From: Octopus vulgaris
Taxonomy: Eukaryota
Length of the DNA: 64,000 bases
Reading direction: 5' to 3'
Assembly: GCA_951406725.2 (NCBI GenBank)
Contig: OX597841.1
Coordinates: 12,400,001-12,464,000, forward strand
Shown: one piece after another, positions 1 through 14,260 of the stretch
Layout: each line of letters begins with the position of its first letter
How positions within the stretch are numbered: position 1 is the first letter of the stretch
The notes under the pieces: generated by a model
Seen by the model: only the letters and a program-made list of their open reading frames with translations
The model's database searches: none
What the model was told of the DNA's origin: nothing
Translations under genes and position numbers: made by a program

Positions 1-73
1 GGGAAAGATTGTTTCAACGAAGTCGCGTCTTGTCCTTACCTTCGGAAACGCGGAGTAGACGAAACATATCCCG

Positions 74-485
<412 letters not shown>

Positions 486-531
486 TTATAATAGGTCCAG
501 GCAGGGACCGTTCAAGAACTGGCCAGTCATT

Positions 532-928
532 GTTTCAGTTATTTGACTGCGGCCATGCTGGAGCATCGCCTTTAGTCGAACAAGTCGGTCCCAGGACTTA
601 CTCCTCCTAGGCCTAGTACTTATTCTATTGTACTCTTTTGTCGAACCGCTAAGTTACGGGGAGGTAAACACAATACCAACATCCATTGTGAAGCGATAGT
701 GGGGAGACAAATACATACACACTCACACACACACACTCACACACACTCACACACACTCATACACACTCACACACACATACACACATATATGATGGGCTTC
801 TTTCAGTTCCCGTCTACCAAATTCACTCACAAGGCTTTGGTAGAAGACACTTATTCAAGGTGCCACGCAGTGGGACTGAACCCGGAACCATATGGTTGGG
901 AAGCAAGCTTCTTACCACACAGCTACAC
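532..928 (-). mobile_element. tRNA-derived CORE-like SINE (octopus OR-type), full length
   Basis: Reverse complement of the family at 2686-3080: head with A/B-box-like motifs, body GGATTTGGTAGACGGAAACTGAAAGAAGCCC, internal microsatellite and CCAGCATGGCCGCAGTC tail. Confidence 0.85.
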
Positions 929-1109
929 TTACCCCTCTCTCTCTATATATATATGTGTGTGTGTGTGTGTATGTAAGTATGTAGGTATACATGTGTATAT
1001 ATATATATTATAATGTATGCATATATAATACATACGTGCGCGCACACACACACACGCGGCGTGTATTTAACTTCCACTTTCTGAAGTCATAAATACATGT
1101 GTATGAATT

Positions 1110-1200
1110 TGTAATGGCGGATAGCAGTGCCACTTCCGGCGGAAGAAAGCAGGGAGGGCTTTGTATCCGGCCGGAAGTATTGGCCAACTGACTTCACTCG
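1110..1200. promoter_or_regulatory. Motif-rich GC island (ETS- and YY1-like sites)
   Basis: AATGGCGG, ACTTCCGG and CCGGAAGT within about 70 bp of unique sequence between microsatellites. Confidence 0.3.
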
Positions 1201-1244
1201 TGTGATTTTAATCTAGGAATGTGTGTGTGTGTGTGTGTGTGTGC

Positions 1245-1279
<35 letters not shown>

Positions 1280-1440
1280 TGTGCCTCCGTTGTGTTTGTG
1301 TGCACATGTGTAAGTGTGCATGCGTGTGTACACATGTATTTACATATATATATATGTGTATGTATGAGTGTGTGTGCGTGCGTATATATATATACATATA
1401 TACATATATATATATATATACACATACAAGTACACACTCA

Positions 1441-1490
<50 letters not shown>

Positions 1491-1904
1491 CATATATATA
1501 CGCACACACGCATGTATATACATGCATGTATATACACACACTACAAACGACAATAAAAATAGGACCACACAATGTAATGAATGTTAAAACGAAAATAAAC
1601 AGAAATTAGATTGTGTGTGTGTAAATTCACACATTTGAGGCATTTTTATGGCCCCAATCTCTCTGACAGCTCCCGGCACACTCCATGATGGAGGTGGAGG
1701 AGTGCGATAGCGGCGGGTTGGTGGAGGCGGGGCGTGGAGGGGGGGGCTGAGAGAAGTGTTTATTGCACAATTGCAACATGCAAGATAAGAACAACAACGA
1801 CAACAACAAAAACAGCAGCAGTTGTTGTTGTTGTTGTTGTTGTTAGTATTTAATGTCGGGGCAGCTGTGGGCAGTTTATGTGTTGCCAAGGGAGAAGATG
1901 AACT

Positions 1905-2197
1905 TTAGCGTCCCCTTTCGATGGTCCGAAGGGGATAATTGTCGACAAAGTTGATCCCGGCAGTGTTTGAACTCGGAACGACGGGATTACAGCAAAACAA
2001 CTTATTTATCGCTCTAACTACATCGCTGATCGGTAGATTATGGACGGCCGTGGGGCAAGAGGCTTGTTTCCCAACCACATGGTTCCAAGTTGAATCCATT
2101 TGCGTGGCACCTCGCGCAAGTATCTTCTACTATAGCCTCAGGCCATCCAAAGTCTTGTAATTGGATTTGGTAGACGGAAACTGAAAGAAGCCCGTTG

Positions 2198-2200
<3 letters not shown>
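1905..2200. mobile_element. Adjacent degenerate SINE fragments (second SINE family on -, CORE-like SINE 5' half on +)
   Basis: GTCGACAAAGTTGATCCCGGCAGTGTTTGAACTC resembles the 16718 family; TGCGTGGCACCTCG...TTGGTAGACGGAAACTGAAAGAAGCCCG matches the 2686 family. Confidence 0.7.
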
Positions 2201-2256
<56 letters not shown>

Positions 2257-2390
2257 TAAAAAATGGAGTTAACGCAGGTTTAAACAAGTATTTTTACTTT
2301 CGACACATCTTTACTTGTGAGATTTTTGCTGCCCTGGTAACTATTTATTTATTTTTCCGTGTTATTTGTTAACAAGGTAAAAATACACTC

Positions 2391-2673
<283 letters not shown>

Positions 2674-2685
2674 GTGTGTGTGTGT

Positions 2686-3080
2686 AGGAGTGGCTGTGTG
2701 GTAAGAAGCTTGTTTACGAACCACATGCTTCTGGGTTCAGTCCCACTGCGTGGCACCTTGGGCAAGTGTCTTCTACAATAGCCTCGGGCCGACCAAAGCC
2801 TTGTGAGTGGATTTGGTAGACGGAAACTGAAAGAAGCCCGTCGTATATATGTATATATATATGTATGTGTGTGTATATGTTTGTGTGTCTGTGTTTGTCC
2901 TCCCAACATCGCTTGACAACTGATGCTGGTGTGTTTACGTCCCCGTAACTTAGCGGTTCGGCTAAAGAAACCGATAGAATAAGTACTAGGCTTACGAAGA
3001 ATAAGTCTTGGGTTCGACTTGCTCGACTAAAGGCGGTGCTCCAGCATGGCCACAGTCAAATGACTGAAACAAGTAAAAGG
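2686..3080 (+). mobile_element. tRNA-derived CORE-like SINE (octopus OR-type), full length
   Basis: Head AGGAGTGGCTGTGTGGTAAG...GGTTCAGTCCC (A/B boxes), MIR-core-like GTGGCACCTTGGGCAAGTGTCTT, internal (TA/TG)n, tail GGCGGTGCTCCAGCATGGCCACAGTCAAATGACTGAAACAAGTAAAAG; more than 15 copies in the window. Confidence 0.9.
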
Positions 3081-3311
3081 ATGTGTGTGTGTGTGTGTAT
3101 TCGTCCCCCCACCACCACTTGATAACCGGTGGGGGTGTATTTACGTCCCCATAACCTAGCAGTTCGACCAAAACGGATCGATTGAACAAGTAGCATTTAA
3201 AAAAATCATGTAATAGGATCGATTCGTTCTACTAAAATTCTTCAAAGCGGTGCTGTGGCATGGCCGTTGTCTAATGACGGAAACAAGCAAAAGATTATAT
3301 ATATATATATA

Positions 3312-4370
<1,059 letters not shown>

Positions 4371-4534
4371 TAACACTCCGTTTGTAACTTGTCCGTGGTC
4401 TCCTATTCCCTTGGAATTCCGAACTAAACCAGATTTCTTGCATTAATGACTTGTAGAGACACCTCACTTCGTTATGCAACCATAATAGACTTCCAAAGCA
4501 TGTTAAACGTTTTTATAAGTCAAAACCGTATTAA

Positions 4535-4666
4535 ATCACGTGTTAAGGTCATCTCTACAGATTTTCTATAGAAAAATTACAACAAGCAGTCGTTTTGTTA
4601 CGACGAAATCAGTGCTAGAGAGAGGTTCTACAGAAAACTCTCTAGGGATGACCTTAACACGTGATC
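4535..4666. repeat. Fold-back inverted repeat / small MITE-like element
   Basis: ATCACGTGTTAAGGTCATC ... GATGACCTTAACACGTGAT perfect 19-bp arms extending imperfectly to about 35 bp. Confidence 0.7.
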
Positions 4667-4699
4667 TCTTGTAGTTTAAAAGGTCCATCTTTCCATCAT

Positions 4700-5520
4700 T
4701 CATTTCTTCTGGTGCCAAACTGCAAACCTTGCGACTTCGAATTAACTTTTGCTCTGATCACCGCCTGGTTTCCCTTCAAAATGGAACCTTTAATACTATT
4801 TTTACTGTGACGTTGTTCGCATACGCCGAGTCTCCATTCGAAAGAGATGCCATTCAACGGTTCTAACTTCCGCAACAGTGATTTGAGGGCCAATAAATGC
4901 AGAAAAAGCTAGAGAGGATATCCGCGATGGACTAAGTGCATCGAGTCCGAAAAGTGATAGATTGCTCAACAAGATAACCACCGTGAAAAGTCACATGAAA
5001 ATGGCTGCTGACCCTGCCGTATTGAGGACAGCAGCTGGGTTGTAAGGCTAAATCCTGTCCAAAGCTTTTGATTGATCCAAATTGATCAAAACCCCCACTA
5101 ATGCCAGGACTGTTTCTTACTTTGTCTATGATTGTCATGAATACATCTGCTCAAAACGGCACATATTGATGCCTCCCCAACCAAACCACAGACGTCAACT
5201 CTTTGCTAATGTCTTGGCCAACTCCGCATTTAGTAGAGTTATGACTTAGAGGTTATCAGTAGGTGCCTCTTGCTAGTAGCTACATCTTAGCCATGCACCC
5301 CCGCCACCCACCTGACAAATTAAAACTGGGAATATTTTCGGCTCAGCTGCCGGTTGCGGTAAACGTTTGATGAGAATTCTCCAGACAAGTCTGGCAAATA
5401 AACTATAAAACTGATCGAAGGGTCGATCATCCAAGCGGGGCGGATTTGCTCTTTTCGCAGCCCCTCGCCAGTTCCTGCATTTCAGCTCTTCTTACTCGCT
5501 TTTTGGCAGCTCCTCGATTC
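4700..5520 (-). pseudogene. Old degenerate Tx1/L1-type reverse transcriptase fragment
   Basis: Minus-strand frames read ITLLNAELAK, LINLDQSKALDRI and VHRGYPL*LFLHLLALKSLLRKLE, matching L1/Tx1 RT motifs (PITLLN, DxxKAFDRV, VRQGCPLSP); many stops and frameshifts. Confidence 0.75.
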
Positions 5521-5559
5521 TTCTGTCAATAGTCACCTTAATAAATAATGACAGCAATA

Positions 5560-5965
5560 ATTCTTTCTACTGGAAGCACAAGGTCTCAAATTTTGGCGGA
5601 AGGGATTAAGTCGATCACATCGACCCCAGTGCGTAACTGGTACTTATTTAATCGACCCAGGAAGGATGAAAGGCAAAGTTGACCTCGGCGGAATTTGAAC
5701 TCAGAACGTAACGGCAGACGAACTACCGCTTAGCATTTCACCCGACGTGCTAACGTTTCTGCCAACTCGCCACCTTTGGTAATAATAATAATAATAATCC
5801 TTTTTTGGGGGAAGGGGATAGTCGATTACAACGATCCTATGCGTAACTGGTACTTAATTTATCGACCCCGAAAGGATGAAAGCAAAGTCGACCTCGGCAG
5901 AATTTGAACTCAGAACGTAAATGACGGACGAAATGTCGCTAAGCATTTCGCCCTTCGTGCTAAGT
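5560..5965 (-). mobile_element. Two tandem copies of second tRNA-derived SINE family (OK/MetaSINE-like)
   Basis: Both contain ACTGGTACTT..TTTATCGACCCCGAAAGGATGAAAG(G)CAAAGTCGACCTCGGCGGAATTTGAACTCAGAACGTAA. Confidence 0.85.
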
Positions 5966-5984
5966 ATTCTACTCCAAAATTGTC

Positions 5985-6100
5985 CCTTTCGTTATCGGTG
6001 CATTAGGAACAATTTCAAAGAATCTGGATGCAATATCGGAGATATTAGGCTCATCAGACATATTAGGGAGTGTCCAAATGGCTGCGGTGCCCGGAATGGC
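5985..6100 (+). pseudogene. R4/Dong-type LINE C-terminal (RLE) fragment
   Basis: Frame VIGALGTISKNLDAISEILGSSDILGSVQMAAV, matching the 'IPVIVGALG...QK' tail seen at 21130 and 44476. Confidence 0.65.
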
Positions 6101-6742
6101 TCTTATGCCGAATAAGGTATTGCACCCCTGAACTGTGGGCAGGAGATGAGGCACAATTACACGCAACGCGACCGTTACAGATTCATGTGGTACACGGGCA
6201 AGAAAAAAAGGGCGATAAAAAAGCCCATAGATGTTTTATATCATTAACCACAGAGACATAATGATAATAATTTATTTATTAACGCACGAAGGATGGCCAA
6301 AACATCGAGGACTGCACTGAATAAATAAACTGATTATATAATCAGAGTTTAACGAATTTGTGTGTGTTTGTGAACGTTTATATGTGTGTGCATGTGTAGA
6401 TGCAGATGTATGTATATGTGTATGGTGTGCGTCTGTGCACATAGGGTATGAGTGTATATATGTGCGCGTGTATAGTATGTGTGTGTGTGTGTGAGTTTAT
6501 GTTCCCCAAGATCCGTTAATCTGCCAAAGTCAACGGACGTCGAGAGCGACGGTATCAGGTGACTTACGGAGATATGACAACCGGAAGTAGTTCTCCCCAT
6601 TTTCCTTCAATGACCAAGGGGCGGGGGGTCAGGTGATGGGGGAATGGAGGGGATGAGACATTTACGGCGCGCGCAAGCGTGTATGAACGAATATCTATAT
6701 TTACGCATGTGTGCCTGTGTGTGTGTATATGTATACACACAC

Positions 6743-6774
<32 letters not shown>

Positions 6775-7371
6775 GTATATATATATATATACACAGACAT
6801 TGAAATACATACACACTCCACGTACATACATAGACACTAATATATATTTATACACACATATATGTATGTGTGTATAGCAAATCCGTATAAATGTATTATC
6901 TCCCTGTTGTCTGTCCGTGTCTTGGTCTGCCTCCTCCAACTGTCGTCTGCTTCGTTGAATCTATTCACTGTGACAGACGACTCTCATCACACTTACTCCC
7001 TCCACTCTCACCAAAACACACAAATAAAGGGGCCAACTCCAACGGCTCCCTAACATTAAGGGCCACTACAGGAAACTAATAAAGGTTCATCAAACCATTT
7101 ATTCCTTGTTAACTTCTACTTCAATCTTTATTGTAATGACGGCATTAAAATTGGCTTTCAATGACTCTACCTTCCCTTCATCCATCTTAGCGGTCGCTCC
7201 ACTCCCCCTCGCTTTGTTACCTTGCCCTTCTCTATGTCACTCCCCCCTCTCTCTCTCTCTCTCTCTCACCTTCTTCTCTGTCTCTAATCTTTCCCCTTTC
7301 TTTTAACTTCTTCGCTTTTATTCCCTTCTTCTTCTTCTTCTTCTTCTTCTTCTTCTCATCACCCCTTTCAA

Positions 7372-7507
7372 GAAGTTAGCTTCCCAACCACATGGTTCCG
7401 GGTTCAGTCCCACTGCGTGGCACGCTGGGCAAGTGTCTTCTACTATAGCCTCGGACTGACCAATGCCTTGTGAGTGGATTTGGTGGACGGAAACTGAAAG
7501 AAGCTCG

Positions 7508-7510
<3 letters not shown>
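7372..7510 (+). mobile_element. CORE-like SINE 5' half
   Basis: CCAACCACATGGTTCCGGGTTCAGTCCCACTGCGTGGCAC...GGAAACTGAAAGAAG. Confidence 0.85.
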
Positions 7511-7564
<54 letters not shown>

Positions 7565-7625
7565 GATTTGCATCCCCAACCAAGAATTTTTGATGTAACA
7601 CATGTCCTTGTGGAAGCTGTTGTGC

Positions 7626-7703
7626 GCGGCTGAAGAAGGCCACAGACATACATTATGCATTGTTATAAATCTGTCTAATAAAGGCCCGAAACATATGTAC
7701 CGC
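7626..7703 (+). ncRNA. Type I hammerhead ribozyme, extended stem II, in a ~250-bp (TA)n-embedded element (7559-7810)
   Basis: GCGG-CTGAAGA-AGGCC...GGCCC-GAAA-CATATG-TA-CCGC: stem I GCGG/CCGC, canonical core, palindromic stem III ACATATGT, GUA cleavage triplet. Confidence 0.85.
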
Positions 7704-7863
7704 TGAATCCTTCGCATCATGTTTTTATTTTGATCAATTTACTCCACCACCTACACCACCAAACGGTATACACAGGTGCTTATAATTATCAAGTACTCAC
7801 CCCGAATTTCTATATATATATATATATATATATCAGAAAAAAGCAACAAGAATGGATCAATAT

Positions 7864-7950
7864 TTGGGTACAATTGTTTCGTACGAAGACAGCTTTATTA
7901 AGGCTACAAACATTGCAGTAAATATAAGTGACCCGTACTCATCAGCCGAA
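7864..7950 (-). ncRNA. Type I hammerhead ribozyme, extended stem II, in (TA)n-embedded element (7833-8237)
   Basis: Minus: TTCGG-CTGATGA-GTACG...CGTAC-GAAA-CAATTG-TA-CCCAA; perfect 5-bp stem II base, palindromic stem III ACAATTGT. Confidence 0.85.
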
Positions 7951-8251
7951 AAAACATCTGAGTTCTCCAAACATCTAAGGGGGTGATGTTACACTCCTGA
8001 AACATCAGGGATAGTTCTATAAAAATAAGATTTTGGTAACAAATGGACTTAAAATGAAAATGAAAATGAAGATGTAAATCCATCCATATTGAAGAAAGTT
8101 TGATTTCTGGAGACATGAGGAGAGGTATCATACTCACAGAATATGTATTTATCCATATTTAGTCCATAATAAAGTGTGTCTCCTGATGTGTGATGATATT
8201 TTGGTTACATTTCTGAGAATTTCTCCAAACCCCAAACTATATATATATATA

Positions 8252-8336
<85 letters not shown>

Positions 8337-8361
8337 GTATATATATGTATATATATATATG

Positions 8362-8393
<32 letters not shown>

Positions 8394-8508
8394 TGTATAT
8401 ATATGTATATATATATATATGTATATATATATGTATATATATATGTATATATATATATGTATATATATATATATGTATATATATATATGTATATATATAT
8501 ATGTATAT

Positions 8509-8553
<45 letters not shown>

Positions 8554-8605
8554 TATATGTATATATATATATGTATATATATGTGTATATATATATATGT
8601 GTGTG

Positions 8606-8657
<52 letters not shown>

Positions 8658-8802
8658 GACGCGTTTCTTTCAGTAGAAGTTAACTTGATGAACCTTTATT
8701 AGTTTCCTGTAGTGGCCCTTTATGTTAGGGAGCTGTTAGAGTTGGCCCCTTTATTTGTGTGTATTGGTGAGAGGGGAGGGAGTAAGTCTATCTATCTGTC
8801 TG

Positions 8803-8840
<38 letters not shown>

Positions 8841-8843
<3 letters not shown>

Positions 8844-10004
8844 GTGAGGCACGCTTTCCCGCAGCTCGTCTCCATGACCGAACTGCAGTCGTGGATCAAA
8901 AAGAGGCCGAGGAAGGGCGAATGGCACCGCGAGTGTCGCGTTGCTCTCAAGCAACTCTGCCGTCCTGGGTCGACCTTAAGTGACTTCAACACAACCAAAG
9001 CATTCTATAGGGGTTTAGTGGAGGGGAGGTACGACGACGAGCTCGGGGCGAACCTGGACGTCGACGAGGAGTACCTGACCCGCCTGTTCAGGACGACTTT
9101 CGGGCCAGGGCCCATGGACAACTTCCAGAGATCCCTGGCCTGGCAGTGCTACCGAGAAGCGCTACCCGTTCGGGATAAGCTCTAAGACACGGCTCGAGAA
9201 ACACGGGGCCGACCTGCCCGAGATGCGGTCAGAGCGACGAAACCGTTCTGCACGCACTCGTGCAGTGTCCAACAATTTCCCACCTGTGGGCTTATGTCGA
9301 ACAACTGCTGTCACGTGTGGGACGAGTCGGTTTATCAGCTGAGTCTATCGTCAATATTGTCACGCCTCCTTCCTTCAAACGGGAAGGAAGAGCTATTTTC
9401 ATCATCCTTGTGGCTATGGCGAAAGAATGTATCTGGTGGACGCGTCTGAAAGGATTGGAGACAAACACTTTCCTCTCTGGTCAATCTCTCATCAACTTCT
9501 TCAAGTACCACTTGAAAAGGAAAGTGAGAGTAGAGAGGCAAGTTTTGTCTAGCGAATGTTTTAAAAAAAGATGGGTGAATGTAGCAAGAATGGCACGTAT
9601 GAATGACGAAGCCACCTTGAGCATAGTCCTATGAACCCAGAAATCGAAAACAGAGAGTTGCTTATTTGCAAAAAAAAAAAAAGAAATATAAAATGTGACA
9701 TCATTGACCGAGGTTACCGTGGTCTTTTCCGTAGGCTTTTCTTTCCACGGGTAAACCTCACCTGTCCTCCCCTTTACACTTCATATTGACATTTCTGTGA
9801 TAACGATCCCTATTGATCAATTTTTTTCCTCCCCCCTTTTTTTAAACCCCCTTTTTTTGTCCTCTTTCTCTCCTTTTACGATCCCTTTTGATCGAAACTC
9901 CCCCTTCCTTTTTTTTTTTTTTTTTTCTTAAACCTTCAAAAGAAAAGCTCTACCTTGTAATTTGTTCTATCTGTGTGCAGCCCTGTGTGGCTAATAAAGA
10001 AACA
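8841..10004 (+). mobile_element. 5'-truncated Tx1/L1-type LINE (zf-RVT C-terminus + 3' UTR) inserted in (TATC)n
   Basis: LAWQCYREALPVRDKL then CPRCGQSDETVLHALVQCPTISHLW (CCHC zinc-binding region after RT), ORF ends 9634; 3' UTR ends GGCTAATAAAGAAACA followed by (TATC)n; (TATC)n also at the 5' side. Confidence 0.88.
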
Positions 10005-10040
<36 letters not shown>

Positions 10041-10041
10041 C

Positions 10042-10092
<51 letters not shown>

Positions 10093-10166
10093 CTTCTATC
10101 TATCCTTCTATCTATCTATCTATCTATGTATCTATCTATCTATCTATCTATCTCTCTCTCTCTCTT

Positions 10167-10225
<59 letters not shown>

Positions 10226-10230
10226 CTCTT

Positions 10231-10277
<47 letters not shown>

Positions 10278-10286
10278 CTCCCTCTT

Positions 10287-10317
<31 letters not shown>

Positions 10318-10322
10318 CTCTT

Positions 10323-10373
<51 letters not shown>

Positions 10374-10438
10374 CTCTCTCTCTCTTTCTATCTATCTATC
10401 TATCTATCTATCTATATATCTATCTCTCTCTCTTTCTA

Positions 10439-10499
<61 letters not shown>

Positions 10500-10518
10500 C
10501 TCTTTCTATCTATCTATA

Positions 10519-10583
<65 letters not shown>

Positions 10584-10590
10584 CTCTCTG

Positions 10591-10640
<50 letters not shown>

Positions 10641-10643
10641 CAT

Positions 10644-10700
<57 letters not shown>
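10005..10700. repeat. (TATC)n/(TC)n compound microsatellite
   Basis: Directly visible. Confidence 0.97.
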
Positions 10701-10701
<1 letters not shown>

Positions 10702-11479
10702 TGCTTCAAAGACCCAAGGTTTGTATGTGTTTTAAAATATCTTTTACAATTCCTGACTTTTACCTCACCGAACGCCCTTGGAAGTTTCCGTTGAAACATG
10801 TAATATGCATTGTACATAACATAATGTACTCCTAGATACACTATGTCTGAATAAATGACGAGATGGACATGTCTCGAATATAACTACCATCACCAACACC
10901 ATTCATTACTCAAAGTAAACATCATCAACGTCGGTGTTTGTTTGTGTGTGTGTGGGGGGGAAGCATTGAAGCCTTCCCTCGGCCAACATCACAGCACCAC
11001 CACCACCGCTATTGAATCCCCCCCTCTCTAGACCCACCCCTATTTCTATATCCACCTCCCTCACCACCCCCTCACCCTCCACAAAATCTATTTTATTTTT
11101 CCCAATAAAAGAAACGAGCCAAGGTTTTCTACGAAGATAAAGGATTGGGTTTTAAGATGGCGGAAAGATTAGTGAGTGGGGTGGGGGTGGGGGACGAAGT
11201 GGGGAGTGGTGGCGGTGGCGGTGGTGGTGGTGGTGGTGGTAATGGCGGATTATTGGAATATAGAAATGAATGACAGGAAGCATGTGGTAACACTGATGGT
11301 AGCGGTGGTAGTAATGATAGCGGTGGTGGTGATGGTGGTGGTGGCGATGGTGGTGATGGTGGTGGTGGTGGAGGTGGTGGAGGTGGTGGTGGAGGTGGCT
11401 GTGGGGGATAATCGTGGCGATGGTGGTGGTGGTGGTTGCGATGACTTGAGAAAAAATGTTTCCCTTAATCTTTAGACAG

Positions 11480-11720
11480 CATCTGTCAACGTGCTAGAAA
11501 CGGCAGCCAAATCTCCCTCATATCACATCCTACTCTCTTATGTATGTATGAACCAAGGAAGGAGATCTCTGTAAGGTAGCTAGACATGGTAGAAATAGAA
11601 GCTAAATCTCCTCCAAATCACACCCTAGTAACTTTACAGAAAATAGGACGGGGTGGGCAAGGCTGGAAGACCTTTGCTCATAGGTTTGCTGATCAGGGCT
11701 GACGATGACGACAGCAAAAA
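11480..11720 (+). mobile_element. Old interspersed repeat (SINE-like tail family usually ending CTGGGGCTAAACAACAAC)
   Basis: CTAGAAACGGCAGCCAAATCTCCCTC...GCTGGAAGACCTTTGCTCATAGG...GATCAGGGCTGAC; related pieces at about 18625-18790, 22305-22400, 37220-37310, 39025-39190, 46585-46640 and 62220-62290. Confidence 0.55.
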
Positions 11721-11820
11721 AAAAAAAAAAAAGAGAGAAAAAAAGAAAAGAAGGGCCACTTCGCATCCACCCCGTCCCTTTCTGATTTAGGTGTCCTTTA
11801 AAGAGGGGTTAATTACTGAC

Positions 11821-11868
11821 GGGACACGTGACAGAGTCGACGCAGGCGCGTGTTGACATCACGTGTCC
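11821..11868. promoter_or_regulatory. Inverted pair of E-boxes (GGACACGTGA...TCACGTGTCC)
   Basis: Two CACGTG motifs inside a perfect 10-bp inverted repeat in a GC-rich unique island. Confidence 0.3.
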
Positions 11869-12043
11869 TGAGTCGTGAAGATCGTGGACTGAAGACGGCG
11901 GCGGAGGGGGCAGCGGGGGGGGAGACGGTGTGGTGCATAATAACTGATAAAGACATTTTAAAATCTTTTTATTACCCCCCCTCCAACACCCCCCCAACAC
12001 CCCCCGATATTGCCGGCCTTGTGTCAAAAGTTTTTTCAAAAAG

Positions 12044-12600
12044 GGCGATCAGTTGGCACGCCGGATAAAACGCTTAGTAGCACTTCGTCCGTCTTTACGT
12101 TCTGAGTTCAAATTCCGCCGAGGACGATTTCACCTTTCATCCTTTCGGGGTCGATAAATTAAGTACCAGTTACGCACTGGGGTCGATGTGATCGACTTAA
12201 TCCGTTTGTCTGTCCTTGTTTGTCCCCTCTGTGTTTAGCCCCCTGTGGGTAGTAAAGAAATAGGTATTTCGTCTGTCTTTACGTTCTGAGTTCAAATTCC
12301 GCCGAGGTCGACTTTGCCGTTCATTCTTTCGGGGTCGATTAAATAAGTACCAGTTACGTACTGGGGTCGATGTGATCGACTTAATCCGTTTGTCTGTCCT
12401 TGTTTGTCCCCTCTGTGTTTAGCCCCCTGTGGGTAGTAAAGAAATAGGTATTTCGTCTGCTGTTACGTTCTGAGTTCAAATTCCTCCGAGGTCGACTTTG
12501 CCTTTCATCCTTTCAGGGTCGACTAAATTAAGTACCGGTGAAACGCTGGGGTCGCTGTAATCCACTTGTCCCCTCGCCCTGTGCCTTAGGTAGAAATGAT
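12044..12600 (+). mobile_element. Head-to-tail trimer of OK/MetaSINE-like SINE
   Basis: A ~190-bp unit TTCGTCTGTC.TTACGTTCTGAGTTCAAATTCCGCCGAGG...GGGTAGTAAAGAAATAGGTA occurs twice in full plus a third partial copy. Confidence 0.9.
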
Positions 12601-12858
12601 TAGTTCCTTATCAAAAAGGACTGTTCAGATTTTATGTTCCAAGTCGGTCCATCCGCGACCATCCACATTCACTTACGTTTTTGTAACCCAAACACACAAA
12701 TGAGAGTGAGTGAAATCTAGTGACTAAAGACTAAAGATTTGGCCGAGAGTCATTTGTCATTCAGCCCCTCCCCTCAAAAACTGTTGGGTTCCTGTCTTAA
12801 TCAAGCCTCAACTGTTCACTTGTTCTACACGGGACGTTGATATGTGATACACCCCCCC

Positions 12859-12882
12859 ACTACTACTACTACCATCACCACC

Positions 12883-12950
<68 letters not shown>

Positions 12951-13000
12951 CACCACCACTACCACCACCACCACCACCACTACCACCACCACCACCACTA
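12859..13000. repeat. (ACT)n/(ACC)n trinucleotide repeat
   Basis: Directly visible. Confidence 0.95.
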
Positions 13001-13433
13001 TACCCCTCCCTCCTCTATATCACCACTTAACCCTCTTCAAAAGTTAAACCCTACAACACGACTTTCTTGAGAAAGGACAATGTAGTATCTTAAGTGGTGG
13101 CCATGGGGTTGACGGCGGCGGCGGCGGAGGTGGTGGTGGTAGTTGGGTCAACAACAACAACAACAACAACAACAGTAGCAGATGAAGTGGCTGAGATAGA
13201 ATTTAACAATAACTGAAGTTTAATGATGAGAGGAGGTAGCGGTGGGGGTGGTGGTATGCGTGTGTGTGTGCGTATATGCACATACACAGACACGCACGCA
13301 CACACACACATATATATATATATAATTTACAAGCACTCGAGTGTGTGCGCGCGCGTGTATATATATATGTGTATGTATGCATGCTAAATGGTATATTTAT
13401 GTATGTGTGTCTGTATATACACACACACATATA

Positions 13434-13564
<131 letters not shown>

Positions 13565-13619
13565 GTACATACATATATACGTACATACATATATACATAT
13601 ATACATACATACATACATA

Positions 13620-13673
<54 letters not shown>

Positions 13674-14260
13674 CATAGTCTTTCACATGTAATTATACAT
13701 ATAAATATATTAACATGTATATATAGCCATATACTATGTATACATGCACACACACATATACATACATAACAACATGTAAACACACATACGCATACACACA
13801 TATACACATACACTCACACATGCATATACATATACATACATCTACACGCGCACATATATACACACATGTATATTTTACTTGCTGTGTCTGTAGGGAGGAG
13901 CAGTGACCATTGGTTGTGTTGAATCTTCCAAACCGTTGAGATTCCTGCAGGAAAGACTTTGAAGTGGGAGAAGATTCCGGAGGGAGGATATTCTGAGAAA
14001 GAAGGAATGGTCGAAGTGACCAGCGTGAGAACAGAGGGATGTTGGACACAACGAAAGTGAGGTGAAGTGGAGGACCGAGTGGGTCAGGAGGAGTGTCTGA
14101 CCGTAGGAGGCCAACACTAGTCATTTCCGGGAACGTAGAAAAGAGAATGAGAGATGATATATATATATGATATATATATTATTATTATTATATATATATA
14201 TATGAGGACGTGGAACAAATATTATTATTGGACGCTCAGGAAAGGAAAGAAAGAAGGAGG

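Noticed and set aside
2686-2760. tRNA-like sequences
   Set aside because: A/B-box heads of multi-copy SINEs; no complete cloverleaf, so not called as tRNA genes.
6991-7093. Possible minus-strand exon ending in a GTAAGT donor
   Set aside because: No clear acceptor or coding signal; better explained as the source of the inverted copy at 8672-8787.
9888-10835. Long YLSI-repeat ORFs (and all YI/VC/HT-repeat ORFs in the track)
   Set aside because: Translations of di- and tetranucleotide microsatellites.
12090-12540. CRISPR-like regularly spaced repeats
   Set aside because: Tandem SINE bodies with no unique spacers, no cas genes, eukaryotic context.
13875-14124. 143-aa/80-aa minus ORFs with non-repetitive sequence
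   Set aside because: No convincing motif; may be a decayed Penelope-like fragment, but not supportable by eye.
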